Assembly (NCBI GenBank): GCA_965242725.1 | Contig: CBDESZ010000027.1 | Span: 32,001-96,000 of the forward strand | Direction of reading: 5' to 3' | DNA length: 64,000 bases | Source: Alkalispirochaeta sp. | Lineage (GTDB): Bacteria > Spirochaetota > Spirochaetia > DSM-27196 > Alkalispirochaetaceae | Shown: positions 63,162 to 64,000 of the stretch, in pieces | Layout of the letters: each line of letters opens with the position of its first letter | Numbering within the stretch: the stretch's first letter is position 1 | Position numbers and translations under genes: made by a program | Notes under the pieces: generated by a model | The model's database searches: none | What the model was told of the DNA's origin: nothing | The model's input: only the letters and a program-made list of their open reading frames with translations

Positions 63162-63404
63162 GAAGGCGCGTACCGCAGGCGCAATGCGCCGAGGAACGCG
63201 CCGCCTCATGTTTCAATGTTCGACATCACCGAGTCGTGTGCGCCGTTGTTCGCCGCGGATCGGTAGCGCGGCGGATCAAGTCGGGTCTCCGGCAGAAGGC
63301 GATTCGGCGCCAGCCGATATCGCCGAGCAGAAGGTTAACCGCGTCAGCGGTTATACCGTTGAAAAGGCGCGTACCGCAGGCGCAATGCGCCGAGAAACGC
63401 GCCG
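63143..63404. repeat. Duplicated tRNA 3' end (26 bp) and duplicated 41-bp palindromic element
   Basis: 63143-63168 equals 63276-63301 exactly; 63163-63203 equals 63364-63404 with one mismatch. Confidence 0.9.
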
Positions 63405-63447
63405 AAATACGATGGATCGGAATCCGGCTGTGCGATACATTATCGCC

Positions 63448-64000
63448 ATGCGGTCATTGTTCGTTGTACCGATAATTACGGCAACTGCTGTACTGTCCAC
63501 CCTGCTCCTCTACATCGCATGGTCTCTTTCCCTGATGAGCGGGAGATCGCTATTCGATACATCGCCAAACCGCCCACCCCGGTCCGTGCAGCCCGACACA
63601 CAATCGGCCCCCGCGCCGTCGCCGCCCATTTCGTCGGAGGAACAGACCGAGAGTGCCGACAACGCTTCGATCGAATTATCGTCGCCGCGGGACGATCTGG
63701 AAATATCTCAACATATTCCCTCGGGAATGACATATGACGAAGTACGCCGACTCTTGCCGGGGTTGTCGGAGCTGCAACAAGGTGAAGGCATATCCGCTGC
63801 GTATGCGACGATGCCGACGGACATTCTGGGATATCCCTTCGTCCTCACGATAGACTTTCGCGAGTCGACGGTACACGACGTTACGTATTCGTATAGTCCC
63901 GATGCAGATTACAACCACATCATGGAAGTTCTGGAGGCAATTGCATCGTATCTCGAGAGTGATGTCGGTGATCCGTACATCGAACCGACGACGACGGAAA
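63448..64000 (+). CDS. Hypothetical membrane-anchored protein (partial, runs off the window)
   Basis: Open frame MRSLFVVPIITATAVLSTLLLYIAW..., Pro/Ser linker, GMTYDEVRRLL...; no stop before the window end. Confidence 0.7.
   Translation, partial: MRSLFVVPIITATAVLSTLLLYIAWSLSLMSGRSLFDTSPNRPPRSVQPDTQSAPAPSPPISSEEQTESADNASIELSSPRDDLEISQHIPSGMTYDEVRRLLPGLSELQQGEGISAAYATMPTDILGYPFVLTIDFRESTVHDVTYSYSPDADYNHIMEVLEAIASYLESDVGDPYIEPTTTE

Noticed and set aside
63143..63404. Repeats as a minimal CRISPR array
   Set aside because: Two different repeats occur twice each, spacing is 133 and 201 bp, one derives from the tRNA, and there are no cas genes.

Overview
GC-rich bacterial chromosome segment, most likely from a free-living spirochaete of the Spirochaetaceae type. 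That placement is inferred from a class I lysyl-tRNA synthetase, a spirochaete-style CheY, two ClpP paralogues and tRNA-Arg(UCG). Most of the window is housekeeping: ackA, cheY, a sigma54 activator, class II photolyase, an MCP, a moxR/Bat operon, argJ, SMUG1, era, rpiA, lysS, rlpA, trehalose genes, uvrD, rarA, tig-clpP-clpX-lon and 7 tRNAs. One IS-like element with 24-bp inverted repeats is present. Eight apparent single-base frameshifts in six genes, mostly in short homopolymer runs, look like assembly errors. The most notable observations are: (1) a subtilase lipoprotein with a propeptide-like domain at the C-terminus instead of the N-terminus; (2) the IS, which has DnaA-box-like ends, a possible DDD triad and a C-to-G skew switch mid-gene; (3) a sigma54 promoter with three candidate enhancer repeats ahead of cheY; (4) a recurrent leaderless-mRNA promoter layout; (5) an IMPase/ADP-ribosylglycohydrolase fusion; (6) a one-cysteine DksA; (7) a duplicated tRNA-Leu 3' end with hairpin repeats. 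No CRISPR array, prophage or recognisable defence island was seen. All calls come from reading motifs by eye; no searches were run.
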